Shown here piece by piece: positions 37,997-48,769 of a stretch of DNA of 64,000 nucleotides; position 1 is the first letter of the stretch, and the number at the start of each line of letters is the position of its first letter. Source of the DNA: an uncultured Clostridium sp. (GTDB lineage Bacteria > Bacillota > Clostridia > Lachnospirales > Lachnospiraceae). The notes below the pieces were generated by a model. It had not been told where the DNA came from, did no database searches, and was given only the letters and a program-made list of their open reading frames with translations. Where the stretch lies: positions 7,107 to 71,106 of the forward strand of contig CANRZB010000007.1 of NCBI GenBank assembly GCA_947644195.1. Direction: 5' to 3'. A program made the position numbers and the translations under genes.

Positions 37997-39211
37997 ATGA
38001 TAAACGTAGGAGTATTAGGTTATGGTACGGTGGGATCTGGAGTGGTAGAAATCATTCAGACGAACCATGATATTATCGCAAAACGTGTGGGAACCGAGGT
38101 ACAGATGAAATATGTATTGGATCTACGGGATTTTCCTGGGGATCCGGTGGAAAAGATTCTGGTACATGACTTTGAAGTGATCAAAAATGACCCGGATGTT
38201 CAGATTGTTGTGGAGACAATGGGTGGTCTGCACCCGGCCTACGAATTTGTCAAAGCTTCCCTGGAAGCTGGTAAGAGTGTATGTACTTCCAACAAAGCTC
38301 TGGTAGCAGCGTTCGGGCCGGAGCTGTTGCAGATTGCGGCAGAAAACCATGTCAACTTTATGTTTGAGGCCAGTGTCGGAGGTGGGATTCCGATTATCCG
38401 TCCATTGAAAACATCTCTGGCTCCAGATGAGATCGAGGAGATCTCCGGTATCTTAAATGGGACGACAAACTATATTCTGACAGAAATGACAGAGAAAGGT
38501 TCTGTGTTTGACGATGTATTGAAAGATGCGCAGGACAAAGGATATGCAGAAAAAGATCCAACGGCTGATGTAGAGGGATACGACACTTGTAGAAAGATTG
38601 CTATTTTGACTTCTCTGGCGTATGGAAAACAGTTGGATTTTGAAGATATTTACACCGAAGGAATTACGAAAATTACAGACCGGGATATCTGTTATGCCCG
38701 AAAACTAAAGGCGAAGATCAAGATTTTCGGATCGAGCAAGAAGGTGGGAAATCAGGTCAGTGCTATGGTTGCGCCGAAGCTGATTACTGCAGAGCATCCA
38801 TTATATAGTGTGGATGGTGTCTTTAATGCGATCTTAGTCAAAGGAAATATGGTGGGCGATGTGATGTTTTATGGGCAGGGTGCCGGGAAATTAGCGACGG
38901 CAAGCGCAGTCGTTTCCGATGTCATGGATTGTGCCCGCCATCAGGGAATCAATATCGACACCTTGTGGGAGCCGGAAAAACTGGATCTTGTACCTGTGGA
39001 TGATGTGAAAAACCGTTTCTTTGTCCGGGTATCCGGGACTCCGCTGGAGAATGAAGCAAAAGTGGCTGCTGCGTTTGGTAAGGTAACAGCAGTAGATGCG
39101 GGCTATCCCGATGAATATGGCTTTGTAACGGATGATATGACCGAGAGAGCGTTTGCTGAGGCGGCAGAACGTCTGGGGAACGTGCTGGGAAAAATCCGTT
39201 TTGATTCATAA
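37997..39211 (+). CDS. hom: Homoserine dehydrogenase
   Basis: GYGTVGSG, VCTSNK, FEASVGGGIP, GILNGTTNYIL, GYAEKDPTADVEG, GAGKLATASAV. Confidence 0.95.
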   Translation: MINVGVLGYGTVGSGVVEIIQTNHDIIAKRVGTEVQMKYVLDLRDFPGDPVEKILVHDFEVIKNDPDVQIVVETMGGLHPAYEFVKASLEAGKSVCTSNKALVAAFGPELLQIAAENHVNFMFEASVGGGIPIIRPLKTSLAPDEIEEISGILNGTTNYILTEMTEKGSVFDDVLKDAQDKGYAEKDPTADVEGYDTCRKIAILTSLAYGKQLDFEDIYTEGITKITDRDICYARKLKAKIKIFGSSKKVGNQVSAMVAPKLITAEHPLYSVDGVFNAILVKGNMVGDVMFYGQGAGKLATASAVVSDVMDCARHQGINIDTLWEPEKLDLVPVDDVKNRFFVRVSGTPLENEAKVAAAFGKVTAVDAGYPDEYGFVTDDMTERAFAEAAERLGNVLGKIRFDS

Positions 39212-39226
39212 AAGGAGGAAGCAAAA

Positions 39227-40444
39227 ATGTTAATCGTTAAGAAATTTGGTGGCACATCGGTTGCCAATAAAGAACGCATTGTCAATGTAGCGAAACGCTG
39301 TATTGAAGATTATAAAAAGGGAAACCAGATCGTGGTCGTTCTTTCCGCCATGGGAAAACAGACGGATGTGCTGTTAGAGATGGCGAATGAGATCAATCCC
39401 AAGGCATCCCGCAGAGAGCTGGATATGCTGCTGACAACCGGAGAACAGACTTCTGTAGCGCTTATGGCGATGGCAATGGATGCGCTGGGTGTTCCGGCAG
39501 TGTCTATGAATGGCTTCCAGGTAGCAATGCACACCACGACCGATTATGGCAATGCGAGATTAAAACGTATTGATACCGAACGAATCCGCTATGAGCTGGA
39601 TAACCGTAAAATTGTTGTAATTACGGGTTTCCAGGGCGTGAATAAATACGATGATTATACGACTTTAGGACGCGGCGGTTCCGATACCACGGCAGTGGCA
39701 TTGGCGGCGGCCCTTCATGCAGATGCCTGTGAGATTTATACGGATGTTGATGGCGTATTTACCGCTGATCCAAGAGTAGTACCGGATGCACGTAAGTTAG
39801 ATGCGATTACGTATGATGAAATGTTAGAGCTTGCCAGTCTGGGTGCGGGCGTCCTGCACAATCGATCTGTTGAGATGGCAAAGAAATATGGCGTACAGTT
39901 AGTGGTACGTTCCAGCTTGAATACCAAGGAAGGGACTGTGGTAAAGGAGGAAAGTAATATGGAGAAAATGTTGGTAAGCGGAGTTGCAATTGATAAAAAT
40001 GTAGCCCAGATTTCTGTAGAGGGATTAGAAAATAAGCCGGGAGTAGCCTTTAAGCTGTTCCAGCATCTGGCAAACCATAAGGTAAACGTAGATATGATTC
40101 TACAGTCTGTGGAACATAATGGTACCCAGGATATCAGCTTTACCGTGACGGAGGAGATGGCAGACACTGCGATGGAAACCTTAGAGCGTCATGGAAACAC
40201 CAGCTTAAAATGTGAGAAGACTACGGTTTCTACCGATGTGGCAAAAGTATCCATCGTAGGAGCCGGTATGATGACCAATGCCGGTGTGGCTGCCAAAATG
40301 TTTGAGGCATTGTATGATGCGGGGGTAAATATCCGCCAGATTTCAACCTCTGAGATCCGTGTCACTGTGCTGGTTGATGAGAGGTATGTGGAGGATGCAG
40401 CGCAGGCAGTGCATGAGGCGTTTTCTTTGGCACAGGTAAAATAG
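39227..40444 (+). CDS. lysC: Aspartate kinase
   Basis: KFGGTSV, TTLGRGGSDTTA, TDVDGVFTADPR, two ACT domains. Confidence 0.93.
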   Translation: MLIVKKFGGTSVANKERIVNVAKRCIEDYKKGNQIVVVLSAMGKQTDVLLEMANEINPKASRRELDMLLTTGEQTSVALMAMAMDALGVPAVSMNGFQVAMHTTTDYGNARLKRIDTERIRYELDNRKIVVITGFQGVNKYDDYTTLGRGGSDTTAVALAAALHADACEIYTDVDGVFTADPRVVPDARKLDAITYDEMLELASLGAGVLHNRSVEMAKKYGVQLVVRSSLNTKEGTVVKEESNMEKMLVSGVAIDKNVAQISVEGLENKPGVAFKLFQHLANHKVNVDMILQSVEHNGTQDISFTVTEEMADTAMETLERHGNTSLKCEKTTVSTDVAKVSIVGAGMMTNAGVAAKMFEALYDAGVNIRQISTSEIRVTVLVDERYVEDAAQAVHEAFSLAQVK

Positions 40445-40700
40445 AAAAAGAAATCAAAAGGTATTTGATAATAGCATCCAACTTTTTCAGGCGGGATGCT
40501 ATTTCTTTATTTACTTTCCGGGAAAGTTCATCAGAAAAAATGCACCGCTGATGATAAGAAACCTATATCATTCTTGAATTTTTATGTATTAGGTGTCATA
40601 ATAGCAAGGAGGTTTTTTGTTCCGCAGTGAGACAAGGTTTCGCTGTTGGCAGCATGCCCGAAAGTAGGAAAGAGCAGAAAAATAGAAATGGAGACAAATC

Positions 40701-43028
40701 ATGGATATCACGAATAAGATCGCAGAAGAGTTAGGAATCCACCGCTGGCAGGTAGAAGCCACCATCCAATTGATTGATGAGGGCAATACCATTCCGTTTA
40801 TTGCCAGATACCGTAAGGAGGCGCATGGTTCCCTGGATGACGAACAATTGCGTAACCTGAACGAACGGTTGGTATATCTGCGCAACTTAGAAGAGAAAAA
40901 AGAGCAGGTACTTGCAACGATTGAGGAGCAGGGAAAGTTGACGGACGAGCTGCGGTCGCAGATATTAGCTGCGGAGACACAGGTTATGGTAGAAGACCTG
41001 TACCGCCCATATCGACCAAAACGCCGTACCAGGGCTACGATTGCCAAAGAAAAGGGATTGGAACCGCTTGCAGATCTTATTTTGGCGCAGGAAACAACAG
41101 AGAGTATCGAAGTTGCTGCCGCTGCCTATCTGTCAGAAGAAAAAGAGGTAGTAACCGTCGAGGATGCCATCGGGGGAGCAAGAGATATTATAGCGGAGAT
41201 GGTTTCCGATGATGCAGATTACCGCACTTATATCCGTGACATTACGAGAGAAGAGGGAATGGTAATCTCCACAGCCAAAGACGAAAAAGCGCAGTCGGTG
41301 TATGAAATGTATTATGACTTTCAGGAGCCGGTTAGCAAAATAGTCGGTCATCGGATTCTGGCTTTAAATCGTGGAGAGAAGGAAAAATTTTTGGTGGTAA
41401 AACTGGAGGCGCCAGAAGAACGGATTCTGCGCTTTCTGCAAACCAAGGTAATTACTGGAGAGAATGAATATACAACACCGATTCTGCAAGAAGCGATCGA
41501 AGATAGTTATAAACGTCTGATTGCTCCGGCCATTGAGAGGGAGCTTCGCAATGAATTGACGGAAAAGGCAGAAGACGGAGCGATCCATGTCTTTGGCAAG
41601 AATCTGGAACAGCTTCTGATGCAGCCACCGATTGCCGGGAAGACCGTGCTGGGATGGGACCCTGCTTTCCGTACCGGTTGTAAATTGGCGGTGGTAGACG
41701 CCACTGGTAAAGTGCTTGATACCAAGGTGATTTATCCGACTGCACCACAGAATAAGGTAACTGAGGCAAAACGTGAAGTCAAAAAATTAATTGATAAATA
41801 TGGGATATCCTTAATTTCCGTGGGAAATGGAACGGCGTCCCGGGAATCGGAACAGATCATTGCGGACATGCTGCATGAGATTCCAAAGCCGGTACAATAC
41901 ATGATTACCAATGAAGCAGGAGCTTCCGTATATTCTGCCAGTAAGTTGGCCACGGAAGAATTTCCAAACTTTGATGTGGGTCAGCGCAGCGCCACTTCTA
42001 TTGCCCGCAGAGTGCAGGATCCATTGGCGGAACTCGTTAAAATAGATCCGCAGTCCATCGGCGTGGGGCAGTATCAGCATGATATGAACCAAAAAAAGCT
42101 GGGAGAAACTTTATCCGGTGTGGTAGAGGATTGTGTAAATAAGGTAGGGGTCGATCTCAATACGGCTTCCGCTTCTCTTTTAGAATATATTTCCGGGATC
42201 AGCAAAGCGATTGCAAAAAATATTGTGGTTTACCGGGAGGAAAATGGAAAATTCCAGAATCGGAAAGAGCTGCTTAAAGTACCGAAATTAGGGCCGAAAG
42301 CATTTGAACAGTGTGCTGGCTTTATGCGGATTACCGATGGGAATAATCCACTGGATGCCACCAGTGTACACCCGGAATCGTATGATGCTGCCAATGCGTT
42401 GCTGGAGAAGCTAGAGATCTCTCCAGAAGAATTGAAAAAAATTCAGTCGGAGGCAGTAAAACAGCAGCCTTCCCACAAGAAATCCGCACCAAAGAAGAAA
42501 CAAAAAGAATTTGTGGTAAGAAATACGAATACTGCATTTGGTGCTGCCTTTGCCAAGGCATTTGGGGAGATGTCATTGCCGGCAGGGGAGGAACAACCTG
42601 AGAAAGAGAATCGGACGGCAGTTTCCGCTGGCACGATTGCGAAACGTGTGGGCAATAAAAAGGCCATGGCGGAAGAATTGGGGATTGGAGAGCCAACGCT
42701 GATTGATATTATAAAGGAGTTGGAAAAACCGGCGAGGGATCCAAGAGATGAGATGCCGAAGCCGATTTTACGGACAGATGTGTTGGAATTAAAAGATCTG
42801 CAGGAGGGAATGGTTCTCAAAGGAACCGTTCGAAATGTCATTGATTTTGGTGCTTTTGTAGATATCGGCGTCCATCAGGATGGTTTGGTGCACATTTCTC
42901 AGATGTCGGACCAAAAATTTGTAAAACATCCGTTAGATGTGGTTAGCGTAGGGGATATTGTGGATGTTAAAGTGATGAGTGTGGATTTGAAGAAGCAGCG
43001 GATACAATTAACAATGAAGGGAATTTAA
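40701..43028 (+). CDS. tex: Tex family RNA-binding transcriptional accessory protein
   Basis: TIPFIARYRKE, DPAFRTGCK, NEAGASVYSAS, SIGVGQYQHD, C-terminal S1 domain. Confidence 0.93.
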   Translation: MDITNKIAEELGIHRWQVEATIQLIDEGNTIPFIARYRKEAHGSLDDEQLRNLNERLVYLRNLEEKKEQVLATIEEQGKLTDELRSQILAAETQVMVEDLYRPYRPKRRTRATIAKEKGLEPLADLILAQETTESIEVAAAAYLSEEKEVVTVEDAIGGARDIIAEMVSDDADYRTYIRDITREEGMVISTAKDEKAQSVYEMYYDFQEPVSKIVGHRILALNRGEKEKFLVVKLEAPEERILRFLQTKVITGENEYTTPILQEAIEDSYKRLIAPAIERELRNELTEKAEDGAIHVFGKNLEQLLMQPPIAGKTVLGWDPAFRTGCKLAVVDATGKVLDTKVIYPTAPQNKVTEAKREVKKLIDKYGISLISVGNGTASRESEQIIADMLHEIPKPVQYMITNEAGASVYSASKLATEEFPNFDVGQRSATSIARRVQDPLAELVKIDPQSIGVGQYQHDMNQKKLGETLSGVVEDCVNKVGVDLNTASASLLEYISGISKAIAKNIVVYREENGKFQNRKELLKVPKLGPKAFEQCAGFMRITDGNNPLDATSVHPESYDAANALLEKLEISPEELKKIQSEAVKQQPSHKKSAPKKKQKEFVVRNTNTAFGAAFAKAFGEMSLPAGEEQPEKENRTAVSAGTIAKRVGNKKAMAEELGIGEPTLIDIIKELEKPARDPRDEMPKPILRTDVLELKDLQEGMVLKGTVRNVIDFGAFVDIGVHQDGLVHISQMSDQKFVKHPLDVVSVGDIVDVKVMSVDLKKQRIQLTMKGI

Positions 43029-43032
43029 TGGT

Positions 43033-44919
43033 ATGAGCTTTTGGAAAAATTGGTTGGTAGAAGTCAGAAGAGGATCTAAGATTACCTACAGTCCGTCTGA
43101 TTTAAATAAACTGGACCGGACCTATGAACGTGAGGTATTTGAACAGACGAAACGCAAGGTGATGTCTCCGTTTCGAAAAGAGCCACAGCGCTCCTTTACC
43201 GCGCAGGTAAGAGATTATGCCTTTGAGCAGATACTGGACCGCAGGCTGTATACGTTTACGCATATTTTAGTGATTCCTAACCCGTATGGACTGGCGCAGC
43301 AGACGGCCCTCCTTTTGTTTAATTCGTCCAAAGAGTACCGGGTTCGATATCGTGTGCAGGGAGATGATGGAGCCGATTTTGTCGCAGAAACAGAGCCTAC
43401 AAAGAGACATCGTGTGGCGGTTATGGGACTTTATCTGAATCGCAGCAACAAGGTGGATCTCTATCTAGTGGATGAAAATGACGAGATTGTGAAACACAGG
43501 ATGATACGGATCTATGTGCCGGACGCGCCCATTAATTCACAGGGAATTGTAACGAAAGTGGAGCGGAAGCCAGAGCTTCCGATGCCAATGATGATGGTTA
43601 ATGGTGTTACATTTAAGCCGATGGCATTGGATGGCAATGGAGCGATACGTTATGCACTTCAGTTGCGGACAAACCGTATGGGTATGATTCCTCTGCAAAA
43701 CGGACATTTTCTGTTTGCTGACCGAACCGCAAGCTGTGTGAATTCTCTCGGAAAGGTTCAACCTTGCCGTTACCACGAGATGGATTATCTGGGCAGAGTC
43801 TACCGCACTTTTATCATTAAAGAACCGATTAGTCCGATTGTGGCGCAGAATGAAGATTCCCTCTATCTGGCAACAGCTTCGGATGTAGAACACAGCAATG
43901 ACTGTATTATGGAACTGGATATGAACCATGGTGAGATTGTGCGCAAGATTGATCTGGCTCAGATCCTGGGCAGCCAGTATCGGGATGTTTCCGATTGGAC
44001 CAAGCTGTCCTATATGGCATACCACGATGGCTGTCTGCTACTGACCTTCCGTCGCCTGCACACGGTATTTTGCCTGGAATTGGATACATTGCAGCCACGC
44101 TTTATCCTGTCTGCTGCCGGAGTGTGGGATGGCACAGAGTTAGAGAAATATGTCCTGCAGCCGGAGCCGGGAACCCAATTTCCCATGGGATGGCCGTGCA
44201 GCGCAATTTGGACCGGTGACAATACTATGTTGGTCTTTAACGGCAGGGCAAAAGGAGATCTGGAACAGGGATATTCCGATCTGGAACATTCTGAAGTGGC
44301 AGAAATCGTCTGGAACCAGGAGCAGAATAGCTACAGCTGTCGATATTCCCACCAGAGCGACCGGACATTGACCTATGGTACAGCAATGCAGCTGCCGGAT
44401 CAGAAGATGGTATATCTGCAGGGTTCCGTGCAGAAGAAAACGGACGACAGACGTTCTGTATTAACTATGGTAGACCAGAAACAGGACAGTGAGGGTAGCA
44501 GGCTGACACTCTCTAAAGCATTTATCAATGCCTGGGAATTTCAGCCGGATATCGCTTCGTTCAGTCAAATTATAGATGTAAGGGAACAGTGTGTGTTTGG
44601 AAGTCTGCATATGCCGAAAGTATTTACCGGAAAATTGCCGGAACTGACCACGGAGAAAGTACCGAAAACTTTTTTCCGCAGACCACATTTATGTGATAAT
44701 CTCTTTCTGTTTTCTATGCTGCCGGGATCTCTTACCAGGATATATTTCGTCGGAAAGAATCATGCCTATGTAGAGGATTATTCCCAGTTAGAGGAGGGCA
44801 GCCGCCAGGAAGTGTTTGCCATTCAGGTCGATGGATTTGAGCCGGATGAGTACTTTATTTATTTAGAGTTTGATGGGATTGCCAGCCGATTAAAAAATGA
44901 GATACGGATTTTGCCGTAG
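43033..44919 (+). CDS. Aryl-sulfate sulfotransferase-like protein, apparently degenerate
   Basis: IPNPYGLAQQTALLLF (ASST N-domain), HRVAVMGLY, YHEMDYLGRVYR. No signal peptide. Confidence 0.65.
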   Translation: MSFWKNWLVEVRRGSKITYSPSDLNKLDRTYEREVFEQTKRKVMSPFRKEPQRSFTAQVRDYAFEQILDRRLYTFTHILVIPNPYGLAQQTALLLFNSSKEYRVRYRVQGDDGADFVAETEPTKRHRVAVMGLYLNRSNKVDLYLVDENDEIVKHRMIRIYVPDAPINSQGIVTKVERKPELPMPMMMVNGVTFKPMALDGNGAIRYALQLRTNRMGMIPLQNGHFLFADRTASCVNSLGKVQPCRYHEMDYLGRVYRTFIIKEPISPIVAQNEDSLYLATASDVEHSNDCIMELDMNHGEIVRKIDLAQILGSQYRDVSDWTKLSYMAYHDGCLLLTFRRLHTVFCLELDTLQPRFILSAAGVWDGTELEKYVLQPEPGTQFPMGWPCSAIWTGDNTMLVFNGRAKGDLEQGYSDLEHSEVAEIVWNQEQNSYSCRYSHQSDRTLTYGTAMQLPDQKMVYLQGSVQKKTDDRRSVLTMVDQKQDSEGSRLTLSKAFINAWEFQPDIASFSQIIDVREQCVFGSLHMPKVFTGKLPELTTEKVPKTFFRRPHLCDNLFLFSMLPGSLTRIYFVGKNHAYVEDYSQLEEGSRQEVFAIQVDGFEPDEYFIYLEFDGIASRLKNEIRILP

Positions 44920-45106
44920 CAGATTTTTATAAGCAGATTCGGTATGATAGAAACGGGCCCTGCCAGTCAACAAGTAAACGTTGTTACCCTGGCGGGGTCT
45001 GTTTTGCGGTTGCATTCTTTGAGATTATTCGTTATAATTGCACTATGAGTTTTGGGGTTACAACTTGAAAATTATGCAAAACCTACAAAAAGGAGGGTAT
45101 TATTAC

Positions 45107-46255
45107 ATGGCAAACAGATTTGTATTGAATGAGACATCCTATCATGGTGCAGGAGCAATCCAGGAGATTGCTGCCGAAGCAAAGGGAAGAGGGTTCCAGA
45201 AAGCATTTATCTGCTCTGACCCGGATCTGGTTAAGTTTGGTGTAACACAGAAGGTAATTGACGTACTGGATCAGGCAGGGCTGTCCTATGAACTGTATTC
45301 GGATATCAAGCCAAATCCGACGATTGAAAATGTACAGAATGGGGTGGCTTCATTCAAAAAAGCAGGTACGGATTATATTATTGCCATCGGCGGCGGTTCT
45401 TCTATGGATACTGCCAAGGCAGTGGGAATCATTATTAATAATCCAGAGCATGAGGATGTACGCAGCCTGGAGGGCGCTGTAGATACCAAGAATAAATGTG
45501 TTCCGATCTTTGCAGTCCCTACTACAGCAGGTACCGCAGCGGAGGTTACGATCAACTATGTTATTACAGATGCGGAAAAGAACCGCAAAATGGTATGTGT
45601 AGATCCACATGATATTCCGGTGGTAGCTTTTATAGATTCTGAAATGATGGCTTCTATGCCGAAAGGACTGACGGCGGCTACTGGTATGGATGCGTTGACG
45701 CATGCGATTGAAGGATACATCACCGCGGGAGCTTGGGAATTGTCGGATATGTTCCACATCAAAGCAATTGAGATCATAGCCCGGTCTCTGCGCGGCGCCG
45801 TAGATAACACACCGGAAGGTCGGGAAGATATGGCGTTAGGCCAGTATGTTGCTGGTATGGGATTTTCAAATGTTGGACTGGGATTGGTTCATTCCATGGC
45901 ACATCCTCTGGGTGCATTGTATGATACGCCGCATGGAGTTGCCAATGCAATCATTCTACCGACGGTCATGGCTTATAATGCGGAAGCAACCGGTGAAAAA
46001 TATCGTGATATTGCAAAGGCAATGGGCGTAGAGGGAACCGAGAACATGTCCCAGGAAGAGTACCGTAAAGCAGCCGTGGATGCGGTTCAGCAGCTCTCCG
46101 TGGATGTGGGAATTCCAGCGGACTTAAAGGAAATTGTCAAGGAAGAGGATATTCCGTTCCTCGCACAGTCTGCTTATGATGACGCCTGCCGCCCGGGAAA
46201 TCCAAAGGAGACCAGCATAGAAGATATTACTGCGTTGTATAAGAAATTGCTGTAA
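45107..46255 (+). CDS. fucO: Lactaldehyde reductase (Fe-dependent alcohol dehydrogenase)
   Basis: MANRFVLNETSYHG, GGGSSMDTAKA, DALTHAIE, HSMAH, PHGVAN. AAGGAGG RBS. Confidence 0.9.
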   Translation: MANRFVLNETSYHGAGAIQEIAAEAKGRGFQKAFICSDPDLVKFGVTQKVIDVLDQAGLSYELYSDIKPNPTIENVQNGVASFKKAGTDYIIAIGGGSSMDTAKAVGIIINNPEHEDVRSLEGAVDTKNKCVPIFAVPTTAGTAAEVTINYVITDAEKNRKMVCVDPHDIPVVAFIDSEMMASMPKGLTAATGMDALTHAIEGYITAGAWELSDMFHIKAIEIIARSLRGAVDNTPEGREDMALGQYVAGMGFSNVGLGLVHSMAHPLGALYDTPHGVANAIILPTVMAYNAEATGEKYRDIAKAMGVEGTENMSQEEYRKAAVDAVQQLSVDVGIPADLKEIVKEEDIPFLAQSAYDDACRPGNPKETSIEDITALYKKLL

Positions 46256-46429
46256 TCTTTCTGCTGGCTGTCAAGAATGACAGAATAATTTGAATGATAT
46301 AATTAATATGTATAAAAGGCAGTGTCTTTTCCTTGGGATCAGATATTGCCTTTTATGCATTTTTGGTTACGTGTTTGTTTGGTGGGTGAAATTTGTGTAT
46401 GATTTTGTGTATGAAATTAAAAAAAGTGC

Positions 46430-46458
46430 TTGCATTTTTAATGGTACTAGTGTATACT
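46430..46458 (+). promoter_or_regulatory. Promoter of tRNA-Arg
   Basis: TTGCAT-N17-TATACT. Confidence 0.65.
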
Positions 46459-46495
46459 CTATCAAGTACGGTACAAATGACGTACATTATATCAT

Positions 46496-46569
<74 letters not shown>

Positions 46570-46574
46570 CTACC

Positions 46575-46602
46575 AAGTCCTTGAGTATTCAAGGACTTTT
46601 TT
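46575..46602 (+). terminator. Intrinsic terminator after tRNA-Arg
   Basis: AAGTCCTTGA / TCAAGGACTT followed by a T-run. Confidence 0.75.
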
Positions 46603-46665
46603 CTATCATAGGAAATTCCTCTGGAGTTCCTATGATAGAAAAACACTCCATGGGGATGCGCACGC
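46599..46665. repeat. Copy of the palindromic repeat family
   Basis: TTTCTATCATAGGAAATTCCTC...CCTATGATAGAAAAACACTCCATGGGGATGCGCAC parallels 15797-15851. Confidence 0.65.
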
Positions 46666-46709
46666 AAATCCAATGTTCCAGCAGTTCCAGAAAAGAAGGG
46701 AGATCATCT

Positions 46710-47687
46710 ATGTTTCAAATTCAGAGATTAGAGCAGATGGTAGGCAGGGATCATATCCGGTCGCAGGAACCGTTATCGAAACACACGACATTCTGGATTG
46801 GCGGACCGGCAAAATGGTATGTGGAACCGGATACAACGGAAGAACTGGTTCAGGTGGTACGCTATCTGAGGGAACAGGGAGAGCCTTATTTTATTTTGGG
46901 AAATGGGAGCAATGTGCTGGTAAATGATGATGGAATTGACGGTGTTGTGGTGTGTACCCATAATGGCAGAGGGGGCAGCCTGGAATCGGTGGGATGTTTT
47001 ACCGAAGATCAGACGATGCGGCAATTTTTCTACGAAAAGGGATATTGTACCCCGAAGGAAGGGAAGGGTCGGGTTCTGTTGTATGCAGGTAGTGGCATCC
47101 TGCTTTCCAAAATGGCTTCTGAGGCGGCGAAAGAGAGCTTGACAGGATTAGAATTTGCTGGGGGGATTCCGGGCACCTTGGGAGGTGCAGTCACGATGAA
47201 TGCGGGAGCCTATGGGGGCGAAATCCGGGATGTGATTGTCAGCGCCAGGGTATTGGACCGGGATGGTGTTGTTCGTATCGTCAGCAGGGAGGAATTGGAT
47301 CTGGGATACCGAAGCAGTTTGATCCAGCGGGAGAACATGATTGTATTAGATGCTGTGTTTGCCCTGGAAATCGGGGAGGAGCAGCAGATCCGGGAACGGA
47401 TGCAGGATTATAATGAGAGGCGCCGGGCAAAACAACCCTTGGAATATGGTAGTGCCGGCAGTACCTTTAAGAGACCCGAGGGATATTTTGCCGGTAAGTT
47501 GATCCAGGATGCCGGATTGCGCGGTTACCGAGTCGGGGACGTAATGGTTTCCGAGAAGCATTGTGGTTTTGTAGTCAATGTGGGAGAGGGAACCTGTGCG
47601 GAGGCGAATCAGGTTATTGCACATGTGCAGAAGACGGTACAGGAGCAGTTTGGTGTGGAGCTGGAAACAGAGGTCAGAAGATGGTAG
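46710..47687 (+). CDS. murB: UDP-N-acetylmuramate dehydrogenase
   Basis: HTTFWIGG, LGNGSNVL, GIPGTLGGAVTMNAGAYG, QPLEYGSAGSTFKRP, SEKHCGF. Confidence 0.95.
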   Translation: MFQIQRLEQMVGRDHIRSQEPLSKHTTFWIGGPAKWYVEPDTTEELVQVVRYLREQGEPYFILGNGSNVLVNDDGIDGVVVCTHNGRGGSLESVGCFTEDQTMRQFFYEKGYCTPKEGKGRVLLYAGSGILLSKMASEAAKESLTGLEFAGGIPGTLGGAVTMNAGAYGGEIRDVIVSARVLDRDGVVRIVSREELDLGYRSSLIQRENMIVLDAVFALEIGEEQQIRERMQDYNERRRAKQPLEYGSAGSTFKRPEGYFAGKLIQDAGLRGYRVGDVMVSEKHCGFVVNVGEGTCAEANQVIAHVQKTVQEQFGVELETEVRRW

Positions 47688-47781
47688 GCATTAGAAGAGG
47701 CTCTAACATCAATGATATGCACAGGGGCATATCGTCGGTTTCCATGTAATATGGAAAGAGTGGTCTTAGGTGGAGGGGATT

Positions 47782-48642
47782 ATGGAGAAACGTTATGTGA
47801 TTGTAACTGGAATGTCTGGAGCGGGTCGGAGTTCTGTGCTTAAAATGCTAGAAGATATGGGTTATCTCTGCGTGGACAACCTTCCGGTACGGCTTTTGTC
47901 AAAATTTACCAAGCTGATTGACCTGGAAGGGGATGATTCCAAGCAGGTCGCACTGGGGATTGATATTCGCAATCTGGAGGGATTGGCGGAGTTGGACAGG
48001 ACGTTGGATACCCTGGAAAAGGAAGGGTATCATTATGAGATCCTATTTCTGGAAGCGGATAGCAATGTTCTGGTAAAACGTTATAAAGAAACCCGCAGAA
48101 ACCATCCATTAGCTCTGCAGGGCAGAGTGGATAAGGCGATTGAGGCGGAACGGGTAGAATTATCCTTTATCAAACAACGTGCCGATTATATTCTGGACAC
48201 CAGCCATATGCTGATCCGGGAATTGAAACATGAGATAGACCGGATCTTTCTGGGTGAGGAAGAGTATGAGAATTTCTTTGTGACCCTGCTGTCTTTTGGG
48301 TTTAAGTATGGGATTCCGGAGGATTCTGACCTGGTGTTTGATGTGCGTTTCCTGCCGAATCCGTTTTATATTCCGGAACTTAAGCCCCTGACCGGAAACG
48401 ACCGGGCCGTCTATGATTATGTGATGGCGGCGGAGCAGGCACAGATTTTTCAGAAACAATTGTATGAGATGATTCGGTTTCTGATCCCAAATTATATTAC
48501 AGAGGGGAAGAACCAAATTGTCATCAGTATCGGTTGTACCGGTGGCAAACACCGTTCTGTTACAATGACAAGGGCATTAGAAGCACAGATGAAACGGCTG
48601 CCATATACGGTAAAAATGGAACATCGGGATATTAACCGATAA
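47782..48642 (+). CDS. rapZ: RapZ/YvcJ P-loop nucleotide-binding protein
   Basis: TGMSGAGRS, CVDNLP, SFGFKYG, DVRFLPNP, GCTGGKHRSV. Confidence 0.95.
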   Translation: MEKRYVIVTGMSGAGRSSVLKMLEDMGYLCVDNLPVRLLSKFTKLIDLEGDDSKQVALGIDIRNLEGLAELDRTLDTLEKEGYHYEILFLEADSNVLVKRYKETRRNHPLALQGRVDKAIEAERVELSFIKQRADYILDTSHMLIRELKHEIDRIFLGEEEYENFFVTLLSFGFKYGIPEDSDLVFDVRFLPNPFYIPELKPLTGNDRAVYDYVMAAEQAQIFQKQLYEMIRFLIPNYITEGKNQIVISIGCTGGKHRSVTMTRALEAQMKRLPYTVKMEHRDINR

Positions 48643-48769
48643 ATTCTGGTACAGAAGTTCTATGTCGCTGTGCAGAGGAGATTACCGTTATTCTACGAGA
48701 AACAGTATTCTCTTGTCATGGCTGTTTGAATTTGTGCGATTGCTTTATTGCACAGAAACGGAGGATACC

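Noticed and set aside
46389-46416. Short direct repeat TTTGTGTATGA x2 upstream of the tRNA-Arg promoter
   Set aside because: Too short and AT-rich to assign any function from sequence alone.
46960-47080. About 30-aa insertion in MurB
   Set aside because: It lies in a probable surface loop, catalytic motifs are intact, and nothing suggests an intein or other mobile insert.
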